From a virus, in IMG/VR virus record IMGVR_UViG_3300027386_000003: a DNA stretch of 34,833 nt. The stretch is one strand, 5' to 3'. Positions 7,965 to 14,928 of this stretch are shown piece after piece. Numbering within the stretch: the first letter of the stretch is position 1; each line of letters starts with the position of its first letter. The notes under the pieces were generated by a model. That model was not told where the DNA came from, did no database searches, and saw nothing but the letters and a program-made list of their open reading frames with translations. The translations under genes were made by a program, and so were the position numbers.

Positions 7965-8810
7965 TCATTGACAGGTGGACTCAGCCAGTTCGCATAAACC
8001 CGAAAATTCACTAATGTCCTCAGCCACCTCCGCCGCCAGCAAACACCGCTCCAGCCCCATGCCGTAATCAATGGAACGCTCAGGCCAAACCACAGGAATC
8101 TCAACGCCTCTGCACTTCAAATCGTCCGAATCCAGGTTATGCTCATAAATATTCGCAATTTCCATTGGCATTTTCTCGTTCCTGCGAAAGTTGTAGACCT
8201 CGCAACGCTTTCCGGTACGGGATTCTGTCGGTGCGTATGGGTGAGCAGGCATATTCTCCAGCACCAGCAACCGGTGCGGTCCTCCGGGAATCAAATCGAA
8301 ACAGGACAATGCGGAGTCCAGACGAAGCAGGTAATCGCCCTCTTCCTGCTTCACTTCCGGGATAATGTCCAGCTTCTCCCCTCTGAAGCAGACCGGATCT
8401 CCCACTTCCACAGACCGACTTTCATCCCGGCCTTTCTCGGCGCACTCGTTGAAGTCGTATTTCAGGATTTCCAGATCCTTTCTCTCCAGGCCTGCCAAGA
8501 GACTGTATAGGCGAAGCACCTCCTCCAGCGCGGATGCAACCGTCGGCCCCACCCGTCCTGCGCCTTTCCACCTGCGGGCGCACTCGACCATCGTAAATTC
8601 TTCCAAGTGCCTGGGAATATTGTCCGCTCCCCTTCTCCGGCATCTGCCGATTGTCCATACATCGTTGCCCTCGTATCTATCCTGATACAGAGCACGCTCA
8701 TTGCAGTATTCGGGCTCATCCAGGCCTTTTACCTGAATCGCCGCATAATCGGATTGAAAGTGAAAATTCAATCTCTTTATCACGGATTCTGCAAGTTCCT
8801 TCAGCTCCAT
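7965..8810 (-). CDS. Stand-alone class IIb aminoacyl-tRNA-synthetase catalytic-core paralog (LysRS / EpmA(PoxA,GenX)-like), 281 aa
   Basis: The conserved blocks appear in the correct order. EPEY is at aa 32-35. Motif 2 is WTIGRCRRRGADNIPRHLEEFTMVEC (compare FRNE...RHNPEFTMLE). LVLENMPAHPYAP corresponds to fItEYPaevSPLA. EVYNF..MEIANIYEHNLD corresponds to FEffigGrEiaNGFsELnD. Motif 3 is SIDYGMGLERCLL. There is no anticodon-binding domain. Confidence 0.7.
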   Translation of the reverse strand: MELKELAESVIKRLNFHFQSDYAAIQVKGLDEPEYCNERALYQDRYEGNDVWTIGRCRRRGADNIPRHLEEFTMVECARRWKGAGRVGPTVASALEEVLRLYSLLAGLERKDLEILKYDFNECAEKGRDESRSVEVGDPVCFRGEKLDIIPEVKQEEGDYLLRLDSALSCFDLIPGGPHRLLVLENMPAHPYAPTESRTGKRCEVYNFRRNEKMPMEIANIYEHNLDSDDLKCRGVEIPVVWPERSIDYGMGLERCLLAAEVAEDISEFSGLCELAESTCQ

Positions 8811-9238
8811 TTTCCCTCCCTAAATTCGTTGTCCAGCATGGAGTAAATCAAAACATCGGAAGCCCCATCATAGGCCCTGCGGATAATTCCCTCCTTCCTG
8901 AAGCCCAGACGCTCATTGATGCGCTTCGCCCTGTCGTAGTCCCGCTTCACCACCGACTGCAGGCGATTCACCCCCATCTCGTCGAAAGGGAAGGAAAGTA
9001 TGCTTTTTATGATTCTCCGGTTCAGCCAATACGGGGTACTGGAGGCCACTGTAATCTCCACCCAGCTCCCGTATTCGAGTTCCGTGTACGAGTGGTAGAC
9101 GATTCCAGCGACCATCTTCCCGTCCCGGCATATCGCGTTCGTCCAGCACGGTTTCAGGTCGTCCGGCTTGCAGTTGCCCAGTCTTGCGGCAATGAACTCG
9201 AGGACTTCGTCCGAATCGACCTTGCAGAAGTCGATCAT
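8801..9238 (-). CDS. GNAT-family N-acetyltransferase (RimJ/RimL-like)
   Basis: GVNRLQSVVKRDYDRAKRINERLGFRKEGIIRRAYDGASDVLIYSMLDNEF is the typical GNAT C-terminal half. An ATGA overlap couples the gene to the hub gene, and a 10-nt overlap couples it to the aaRS-like gene. Confidence 0.75.
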   Translation of the reverse strand: MIDFCKVDSDEVLEFIAARLGNCKPDDLKPCWTNAICRDGKMVAGIVYHSYTELEYGSWVEITVASSTPYWLNRRIIKSILSFPFDEMGVNRLQSVVKRDYDRAKRINERLGFRKEGIIRRAYDGASDVLIYSMLDNEFREGKWS

Positions 9239-10797
9239 GCCTGCGGGCTAAGCACAGAGCCCTTGGACTGGTCATACAACACATCACTTGAGAAAAACGA
9301 AACCTGGTCTCCAGAGGATAAAGCCGCTATCTGAATGGAGATCGCCGAACCATACAAATTGACAAGCCTCCACCCTGCATAACGCACAGCACCAGCGCCC
9401 CACTGGAACGAGTCCCACTCGCCAATATCCCAGGGAGTCCCTGATTCCTGCGAGGGCAACCCAATTGGGTCTATTGGAGACAGGTTGAAGTCCATGTTCG
9501 CCCCAATACTGACGCTGCTTCCTCCCCCAGATTCAAGATGACTGCGAAGAGCCGTAATTCTCTTATCGTAAGGACTCCGAAGAAAATTGTACGCAGTCCT
9601 CAATTCAGCAGCAACCGGCTCTCCAGCATCGGCAGTTCCCTGGTCGGCCTGCATCACCCGACCATCCGAAGTGCCGAAATAAAGCCCGTCATTGAAATTC
9701 TCCCAGCACTGGGCATCCATGCCGGTAAAGCGGCACCAGGCCCCGGTTTGGGAGTTCATAACGTGTTGGATTGCCCGATTCCCTGAAATAGGAACATTGA
9801 ACAACAGCCAATTCGCTTTCGGATAGAGAATGCCTCCCCAGCCCGGATCGTTTCCTCTATTCCGAATCTGCTCGGTGGCCGCCTCTGAAATGGTATCGGA
9901 CAATGCCAGCTGCCGTCGGGCCCTGCCGTACTTCAGGAATTGAAGCAGGGGAATGTATCCGTCCTGTGTAATGGCGATCAAGTCGGCCCCCAAGTCCACT
10001 AAAGGGGTATCTCCAACAACTCGGCCCACATGAAACCGTCCGGTAATCGACCAGGCAGACGCGTCGGATGGGTCCAGGCCGGAATAAACCAGCACGTCCC
10101 CGGACTCCGTGAATATCGCCAGCATATCGTCCGGGCCGTCTCCGCCATCCAGCGTCAGCGTCCCCAAAGCCAGGATATTGCCGCCCTGCCCATGTACCAG
10201 AGACAGGTCGATTTTCTCCAAGGGGCCTCTCACTGCGTCAATTCCCGCATACCAGATATTCGGAGTCCCTTTCTCTGCAAAAAACAGTCGGTGCTTGAAA
10301 GGCAGGACCTGAAACAGGCGAGAAGGCGTAAGCCCCTCTCCCTCGAATCCATGAGGCGTCCAATTCCCGTCCGCGTCGATTCTCAAAGGATCATCCACGC
10401 CATTCACCAGGATTCCATTCCTGCCGAAATTCGCGCCTCTCCAGCGCACATCGGTCAGGCCGGAAACAATAGCCCCTCCAGCCGGGCCTGCTCCAGAAAC
10501 ATCATAAATTCCATTCCCGGCCGCGGCGAACAACTTGCTGTTGGTTCCGGACCTCCAGTTGAACAGGGTGCCGACATTCCCTGTCGGCAGCTCGGTGACG
10601 TGAGGCACAAATCCCCTACGGGTAGTGACTCGCCCAAGCTCGGGAAAGAAGTTGTCCAGCTGGAGGGCAAATTCCGGGCTCATATTGCTCTCGGCGTCCC
10701 GGGTGTTCCAGCCGCCCACCGGGGCCTGCATGATTCCACGCAAGCCCTTGCCCATTGCTGGCAAGCCGCGCACTCGATAGTCTTGTGAAAGTTCCAT
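9235..10797 (-). CDS. Tail hub protein, P22 gp10-like (520 aa)
   Basis: The start was re-derived to ATG 10797 (MELSQDY...), 8 nt after the upstream stop. The track start at 11028 would overlap the upstream gene by 220 nt. GLPAMGKGL near the N-terminus and the repeated beta-rich blocks resemble my recollection of P22 gp10. The profile match is unverified. Confidence 0.5.
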   Translation of the reverse strand: MELSQDYRVRGLPAMGKGLRGIMQAPVGGWNTRDAESNMSPEFALQLDNFFPELGRVTTRRGFVPHVTELPTGNVGTLFNWRSGTNSKLFAAAGNGIYDVSGAGPAGGAIVSGLTDVRWRGANFGRNGILVNGVDDPLRIDADGNWTPHGFEGEGLTPSRLFQVLPFKHRLFFAEKGTPNIWYAGIDAVRGPLEKIDLSLVHGQGGNILALGTLTLDGGDGPDDMLAIFTESGDVLVYSGLDPSDASAWSITGRFHVGRVVGDTPLVDLGADLIAITQDGYIPLLQFLKYGRARRQLALSDTISEAATEQIRNRGNDPGWGGILYPKANWLLFNVPISGNRAIQHVMNSQTGAWCRFTGMDAQCWENFNDGLYFGTSDGRVMQADQGTADAGEPVAAELRTAYNFLRSPYDKRITALRSHLESGGGSSVSIGANMDFNLSPIDPIGLPSQESGTPWDIGEWDSFQWGAGAVRYAGWRLVNLYGSAISIQIAALSSGDQVSFFSSDVLYDQSKGSVLSPQA

Positions 10798-10804
10798 TAT
10801 TGCC

Positions 10805-11626
10805 TCAGAAACCGATTCTCCACAAGCGGTCAGGATCTTCACCAACCACATAAACAGAATCGGAGTGTACGGCCCCTCCCTTAGGATCGTCCAGAGTGTC
10901 AGGGAACTCAATAACCTGACCGAATTGCCCACTGGTGTCGCTAGGATTCGACAAATTGATTCGCCACAGACCAGGCTTGATTCTGAAACCAGGCCCAGCC
11001 GAACCGCCATCCACAAGATATAAGGCACCAGAGTACGAGATTAGCCCCTCTGTATTTCTCGCTCTCGCAGGAAGATCACCGACTCTCCCAAACGCACCAC
11101 TAGTATCGCCAGGATTTGCCGGGTTGATATTCCAAAGGCCTCCACTACTACCGCGTGCGGCAAGATATAAATTGCCTCCATGCGAGACCACGCCTCCGCC
11201 TGCACTAATATCCGCTAAAGAAGGAAGCCTTCCTATCTGCCCAAACGAGCCGCTTTCGTCGCCAGGATTTGCCGGATTGATTAGATACAAAGTATTGGAA
11301 TCTGCCCCATAAAGAGATCCAGCGTGTGAGGCAATCCCTCTAATACCTTGTAGGTCCCTAGAAAATACCCCTACTTGCCCAAATGAGCCGCTTTCGTCGC
11401 TAGGATTTGCTGGGTTGATGTTCCACAATGAAAAATTGGCTCTGTTAACAATATAGAGATTACCTCCATGCGAGGTCATTCCCTCAGGCAGAGACAATGC
11501 CGAGGGCAACGCCGCAGATATAGTACCTTTTGGAAAAACCTCCAAATTGCCCAGGTACACTTTATCCGCTTCCGTGCTCCCCACATAAATCTTGGAGATT
11601 CCCGTATTGCCGACTGCTATGGGCAT
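10805..11626 (-). CDS. Tail-associated repeat protein with five ~47-aa repeats (beta-propeller-like)
   Basis: ATG 11626 is preceded by GGAGG. The repeat unit is SHGGNLY...LWNINPANPxDxSGxFGxxGxxP, present five times. The DNA-level periodicity of about 140-150 bp is visible at 10942, 11110, 11262 and 11400. Confidence 0.7.
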   Translation of the reverse strand: MPIAVGNTGISKIYVGSTEADKVYLGNLEVFPKGTISAALPSALSLPEGMTSHGGNLYIVNRANFSLWNINPANPSDESGSFGQVGVFSRDLQGIRGIASHAGSLYGADSNTLYLINPANPGDESGSFGQIGRLPSLADISAGGGVVSHGGNLYLAARGSSGGLWNINPANPGDTSGAFGRVGDLPARARNTEGLISYSGALYLVDGGSAGPGFRIKPGLWRINLSNPSDTSGQFGQVIEFPDTLDDPKGGAVHSDSVYVVGEDPDRLWRIGF

Positions 11627-11637
11627 GGTGTCCTCCG

Positions 11638-12441
11638 TCAGCCGGTAATGATGTAGACGGTTGAATTATCCTTGCTGGAAATAGCATCGTATTGCGCTTG
11701 CGTTCCTCTCCAGAGACTCAGTCCGTCCACCTGGGCCGCATTCACGTCCAGCGACGGAGTGCCGGACAGGCCATTCAGCAAGTTCCGTATCTCGGTCCCT
11801 GTCTGGTCTCGCGTGGCGTTGTCCTCGATTCCGTCCAGCTTGGATTCATCCGCATCAGTGAAGGGGTTCTCCACCTCAGAAACTTCGGCAGTGACGTTCG
11901 ACCTGAACTCCTGTCCGTTGTAGACCACCACAAGATACCTGCCGGGCGTGATCTCGCCTGGAGCAATCGGCGTCCCGTTGGCTCGCACTAAAGGTACGGC
12001 AGCCCTGGAGGACAATACTATATTTACAGCGCGTGTATTTGTTTCCTTGGCAAAAAAGGTGTAGGTCAATCCAGGCGTCAGCGTTATCGGAGCAGGAGAA
12101 ACTGTCAGGGCAATAACATCGCCCGTTCCCCCAACATCAGAGGCTTGAATAAAGTCTCCCGAGGATTGATCTCGAACCTGGGCAAGCGTGGCGTATTGAT
12201 TATCCTCTGTTGCCTCGCCGCAATTCAGGAGTTTGAATCCTGACATTGGAAGGTCCTGAATAGGCGCGGTCTGCCCATCTCGGGTCAGGCAATTCTCAAG
12301 TCCGTCTGCCAAGTCGTTATCGTGCGTATCCGAATCAGCGGCATTTACCAGTGCTCCCGCATCACGGGCCTGCGCCCATACGTCCCGCCCCCTTCTGCTT
12401 CCGTCCGTCCGGTTGAATGTTCCAGATCCGTCCCAGGCCAT
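11638..12441 (-). CDS. Tail fiber protein (267 aa) with a conserved fiber N-terminal domain
   Basis: ATG 12441 is preceded by GGAGG with a 5-nt spacer; the track start at 12453 is a TTG. MAWDGSGTF...[22 protein letters not shown]...DNQYATLAQV is paralogous to the N-terminus of the 862-aa fiber. Confidence 0.75.
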   Translation of the reverse strand: MAWDGSGTFNRTDGSRRGRDVWAQARDAGALVNAADSDTHDNDLADGLENCLTRDGQTAPIQDLPMSGFKLLNCGEATEDNQYATLAQVRDQSSGDFIQASDVGGTGDVIALTVSPAPITLTPGLTYTFFAKETNTRAVNIVLSSRAAVPLVRANGTPIAPGEITPGRYLVVVYNGQEFRSNVTAEVSEVENPFTDADESKLDGIEDNATRDQTGTEIRNLLNGLSGTPSLDVNAAQVDGLSLWRGTQAQYDAISSKDNSTVYIITG

Positions 12442-12487
12442 ATCCGCCTCCAATTCAGGTGATACAGCTCCATTCTAAACCAGAAAA

Positions 12488-12871
12488 CTAGTTGCAGAAT
12501 CTACTCTGGGCTCTCTTGTATCTTGATATCCGGACCTCAACGGCATTCAGAATCCGGTCAATATCCTTCAGCGCTTCCTCTTGCTCGGGACTCAGCGAAT
12601 CAAAATCCACTCTCTGAATAATCTGTGTCACCATATCGTCCTTCGCCCCAATCAGGGACTTCAAATTCGCCGCCACCACCGAACAATCCGGGGGACCGGC
12701 CGCACCTTCGAGAATCAATTCCTCCTTGCGCTCGAGCAGATAGGCCATGTCTAACTCTATCTCCGAAGCAGGTTCGGCCAATGCCTTGGCCAAAAATCCG
12801 GCCGCCATGAACAGGGCCACAGCAAACAATGCGCCCTGAATCAGGCAGTGCGCCACTTCTTTGGGTTTCAT
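12488..12871 (-). CDS. Secreted or periplasmic protein (127 aa)
   Basis: ATG 12871 is preceded by AAGGA with a 7-nt spacer. MKPKEVAHCLIQGALFAVALFMAAGFLAKALA-EP is signal-peptide-like. Confidence 0.55.
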   Translation of the reverse strand: MKPKEVAHCLIQGALFAVALFMAAGFLAKALAEPASEIELDMAYLLERKEELILEGAAGPPDCSVVAANLKSLIGAKDDMVTQIIQRVDFDSLSPEQEEALKDIDRILNAVEVRISRYKRAQSRFCN

Positions 12872-12891
12872 CGACATTTCCTTGCTCCAGT

Positions 12892-13146
12892 TCAATAATG
12901 ATTGGGGTTGTCCAGCACGGATTCATCCAGAGGATACGGGGGTTGTTCATACCATCCGCAATCCTCCCAGTATTCATCGCCTCGGCGGGATTTCCAGATC
13001 CGCTCAGATTCCGCATACAGGCGCTTCATGTCCAGCACTGGAGACAGATCCAGAGATTCGCGCTCCTCGTCGCCGAGGCCGCAGACCTGCTCGTCCAGAA
13101 GCGCGAGATACCGCTCCTTCGTCCAGCCGATTGAAAACATTGCCAT
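12892..13146 (-). CDS. Hypothetical acidic protein (84 aa)
   Basis: ATG 13146 is chosen because the track start at 13158 is a TTG. A candidate TTGACG-N17-TTGAAT promoter ends 6 nt upstream of the ATG. Confidence 0.5.
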   Translation of the reverse strand: MAMFSIGWTKERYLALLDEQVCGLGDEERESLDLSPVLDMKRLYAESERIWKSRRGDEYWEDCGWYEQPPYPLDESVLDNPNHY

Positions 13147-13177
13147 GCGCTCATTCAATCACAATGTAGTACAGCCG

Positions 13178-13393
13178 TCAAGCCTCTCCCTGCGCCTGAC
13201 TCAGCAAAGCCCTCTTTTGCTCAATGTCGAGAATCTGCCTCTGCACCAGATATTCCACCATGCCCTCAGGGGTCAATCCCATCTGCTTTGCCGAAGAATC
13301 CAGCCAGGCATGAAAAGCGTCAGGGAGTTCGAGATCGTATCTCCGGGTTACCAGCGAAGTCTGATTTTCCGGGGTTTCATTATTCTCATTCAT
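13178..13393 (-). CDS. Small ribbon-helix-helix-like protein (71 aa)
   Basis: ATG 13393 is preceded by GGAG with a 6-nt spacer. RRYDLELPDAFHAWLDSSAKQMGLTPEGMVEYLVQRQI fits a beta-alpha-alpha RHH layout. The alternative ATG 13477 lies inside palindrome A. Confidence 0.45.
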   Translation of the reverse strand: MNENNETPENQTSLVTRRYDLELPDAFHAWLDSSAKQMGLTPEGMVEYLVQRQILDIEQKRALLSQAQGEA

Positions 13394-13455
13394 GTCTTTC
13401 TCCAGTAATCCGCCTTGCGGAGGGTCAGAGCTGTCCCCGCTCTGTGGGGTTTTTA

Positions 13456-13580
13456 CTATGGGTAATTGGTTACCCATAGAACCTATTGAGTACTTTTTAA
13501 TCTTAAAACCCCTTTGAAACTTAAAACCCCTAATAAACCTTTAAGTACTCTATAGGTTTATGGGTAACCGGTTACCCATA
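13456..13580. promoter_or_regulatory. Origin/operator-like element: two copies of the palindrome TATGGGTAA-N4-TTACCCATA flanking an AT-rich core with two CTTAAAACCCCT direct repeats
   Basis: Palindrome A is at 13456-13479 and palindrome B is a perfect 22-mer at 13559-13580. The inner inverted pair is AACCTATTGAGTACT (13480-94) and AGTACTCTATAGGTT (13544-58). The direct repeats are at 13502-13513 and 13520-13531. Confidence 0.6.
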
Positions 13581-13585
13581 GTAAA

Positions 13586-14017
13586 TCAGGGGGTTTCATC
13601 CTCTGAAAAGTCCTTCAGGGTGTCGTAGTAGTCATCCATTCCAGTCAATCTGTAAATGTTGCAGTTCCATCCCTTCTGGCATTTCTTTCCGGTTTTCGAG
13701 GGTTTTTTCACCCAGTCAACATAATCCAGTTTCCTCAGCCTGGTCAGCCGGTTGTAGATTGTTTTCCGGGAGACTCTCAGCTGCACGGCGATTTCCTCCT
13801 GACTCCACCAGATAAATTCCTTTTTTCTATTCAGCTTGGACACCAGGAACCCCAGCAGCTCCTTGTCGCCTGAACTTAGTCGGGAATCGAGCACGGCCGT
13901 ATCTATGATCTTCGTTCGGTAGGTGTTGAAATGGTTAGTCCAGGAACGTTTCCCTTCCTCTCGAATCTTACTTGGAAACGGGATGACGTTCCTGGATGCT
14001 GTTGTATTCTTTCCCAT
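13586..14017 (-). CDS. Winged-helix/HTH DNA-binding protein (HTH_36-like); candidate replication initiator or regulator
   Basis: ATG 14017 is preceded by AGGAG with a 6-nt spacer. WSQEEIAVQLRVSRKTIYNRLTRLRKLDYVDWVKK is a typical wHTH. The gene is directly adjacent to the palindrome/iteron element. Confidence 0.6.
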   Translation of the reverse strand: MGKNTTASRNVIPFPSKIREEGKRSWTNHFNTYRTKIIDTAVLDSRLSSGDKELLGFLVSKLNRKKEFIWWSQEEIAVQLRVSRKTIYNRLTRLRKLDYVDWVKKPSKTGKKCQKGWNCNIYRLTGMDDYYDTLKDFSEDETP

Positions 14018-14076
14018 GACGATCTCCTGCGCCGCGGCGCGGATGTCGCTGAAGGGGCCTTTGGGGACGGGAGTTG

Positions 14077-14182
14077 TATAATGTTCCCGTGATTTGCTGG
14101 CCTTTTCAGCAGATTGCTCTCGCTGCCCTTATCAGCGAATTTGATTCCCCGGCATAGCCTATCCATGCCGGGGATTTTTATT
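14077..14182 (+). ncRNA. Candidate small antisense RNA of about 80-90 nt, bracketed by a perfect TATAAT and an intrinsic terminator
   Basis: TATAAT is at 14077-14082 with no good -35. The terminator is at 14147-14182. No credible plus-strand CDS lies between them. The element is antisense to the RHH-to-wHTH intergenic RNA. Confidence 0.35.
14147..14182 (+). terminator. Rho-independent terminator (plus strand)
   Basis: The stem CCCCGGCAT, loop agcctatcc and stem ATGCCGGGG are followed by ATTTTTATT. The complementary strand has no U-tract after the stem. Confidence 0.6.
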
Positions 14183-14209
14183 GGTTGGAACTATAACACA
14201 GGGGAAAAC

Positions 14210-14473
14210 TCAATCGAATCGCTCTACAAAGTTGTGGGGATTCCAGTTTCGCCGGCGAAATTCCTTCGCCTTTTGCTCCCTCCCCTTTTCCTGTTTCAGT
14301 GCCGCTTGCAGGCCCAACCGAATCACTTCCTCGAATCCCCCTTTGTGGTTTCCGTGAAAATTCTTTCGCCTGGTCAGGTAGCGTTCCAGTGAATCCTTCA
14401 GCGCAATAGAGACGGCCCCGCTGACCACTCGCGTGTTTTCTGCAGTGCCGTCCGTCAGATAAGGCCGAGCCAT
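14210..14473 (-). CDS. Ribbon-helix-helix-like regulator (87 aa), divergent from the plus-strand operon
   Basis: AVSIALKDSLERYLTRRK...GGFEEVIRLGLQAALK fits an RHH layout. It is the first gene of the minus-strand block at the divergent intergenic region. Confidence 0.5.
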   Translation of the reverse strand: MARPYLTDGTAENTRVVSGAVSIALKDSLERYLTRRKNFHGNHKGGFEEVIRLGLQAALKQEKGREQKAKEFRRRNWNPHNFVERFD

Positions 14474-14503
14474 GCGCCCAAGTTTATCAGTCGGGGCGAG
14501 GGG

Positions 14504-14532
14504 TTGCGAGGACTCTAAAAAAGTAGTAGACT
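14504..14532 (+). promoter_or_regulatory. Candidate promoter TTGCGA-N17-TAGACT for the plus-strand operon; the ATG lies 7 nt after the -10, giving a leaderless geometry
   Basis: The sequence is TTGCGAggactctaaaaaagtagTAGACTacaggacATG. The -10 overlaps the GTAGT-AG-ACTAC palindrome and an opposite-strand TAGTCT hexamer. Confidence 0.4.
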
Positions 14533-14539
14533 ACAGGAC

Positions 14540-14689
14540 ATGGCACACAGAAACGTCATTTCCCTCCGCCTCAGCGACCGGCTGAAGAAGGCCGTCGCCG
14601 AATATTCGGAGAAGTCCGGGCTGTCGGCGAACAAGGTCATCCGGCTGGCCCTGTACAAGTTCCTCGGCATCGAGGAAGAATCCCGATGA
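14540..14689 (+). CDS. Ribbon-helix-helix (CopG/Arc-like) regulator, 49 aa; absent from the ORF track because it is under 60 aa
   Basis: Manual translation gives MAHRNVISLRLSDRLKKAVAEYSEKSGLSANKVIRLALYKFLGIEEESR, a textbook RHH. An ATGA overlap couples it to the next ORF. Confidence 0.75.
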   Translation: MAHRNVISLRLSDRLKKAVAEYSEKSGLSANKVIRLALYKFLGIEEESR

Positions 14690-14787
14690 ATTTCACACCC
14701 AGATCGCCCTGGTCGCATTTCAGTCCACCGCCGCTAGAATCCTCCAGCGGTCCTTCTCGGGTGCGACCAGCGGCGTTACACGCATGA
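14686..14787 (+). CDS. Micro-ORF (33 aa, Pro/Ser-rich), coupled by ATGA at both ends
   Basis: The product is MNFTPRSPWSHFSPPPLESSSGPSRVRPAALHA. The start overlaps the RHH stop and the stop overlaps the next ATG. Confidence 0.35.
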   Translation: MNFTPRSPWSHFSPPPLESSSGPSRVRPAALHA

Positions 14788-14924
14788 ACGAGTTCGATAG
14801 AGAACACCGCTTCGCCCATCTAGGCAGCGACTCGGATTGTCCGGCCTGCGGGGTCGAAATGGAAGCACTGGAGGATGGGCAGGTCTGCCCGTCCTGTCTT
14901 TACGCCACTCCGGAGGAAGAATGA
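14784..14924 (+). CDS. Zinc-ribbon mini-protein (46 aa)
   Basis: The product is MNEFDREHRFAHLGSDSDCPACGVEMEALEDGQVCPSCLYATPEEE, with CPxC-N15-CPxC. Confidence 0.55.
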   Translation: MNEFDREHRFAHLGSDSDCPACGVEMEALEDGQVCPSCLYATPEEE

Positions 14925-14928
14925 ACCG

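Noticed and set aside
10798-11028. N-terminal 77-aa extension of the hub gene as given in the ORF track (start 11028)
   Set aside because: It would overlap the upstream repeat-protein gene by about 220 nt in another frame. ATG 10797 lies 8 nt after that gene's stop and begins a sensible N-terminus (MELSQDY...). Comparable over-extensions were trimmed at 1921, 18216, 17884, 19797, 21103, 21957 and 33710. Several of those are TTG or GTG codons shown as M in the track.
14147-14182. Hairpin as the terminator of the minus-strand RHH gene
   Set aside because: On the minus strand the stem is followed by AAUCAAAUUCG rather than a U-tract. The T-run is only on the plus strand, so it is scored as a plus-strand terminator. 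A 3' stabilising role for the minus transcript cannot be excluded.
14114-14392. Plus-strand 92-aa ORF starting inside the candidate sRNA
   Set aside because: It reads through a strong intrinsic terminator. It is antisense to the RHH gene 14210..14473, has no SD, and its product is low complexity.
12488-14473. Integrase, excisionase or attP near the regulatory region
   Set aside because: No ORF here, or elsewhere in the genome, shows tyrosine-recombinase (R..HxxR..Y) or serine-recombinase motifs. The tRNA at 16888 is a complete gene, not a partial att-like duplicate.
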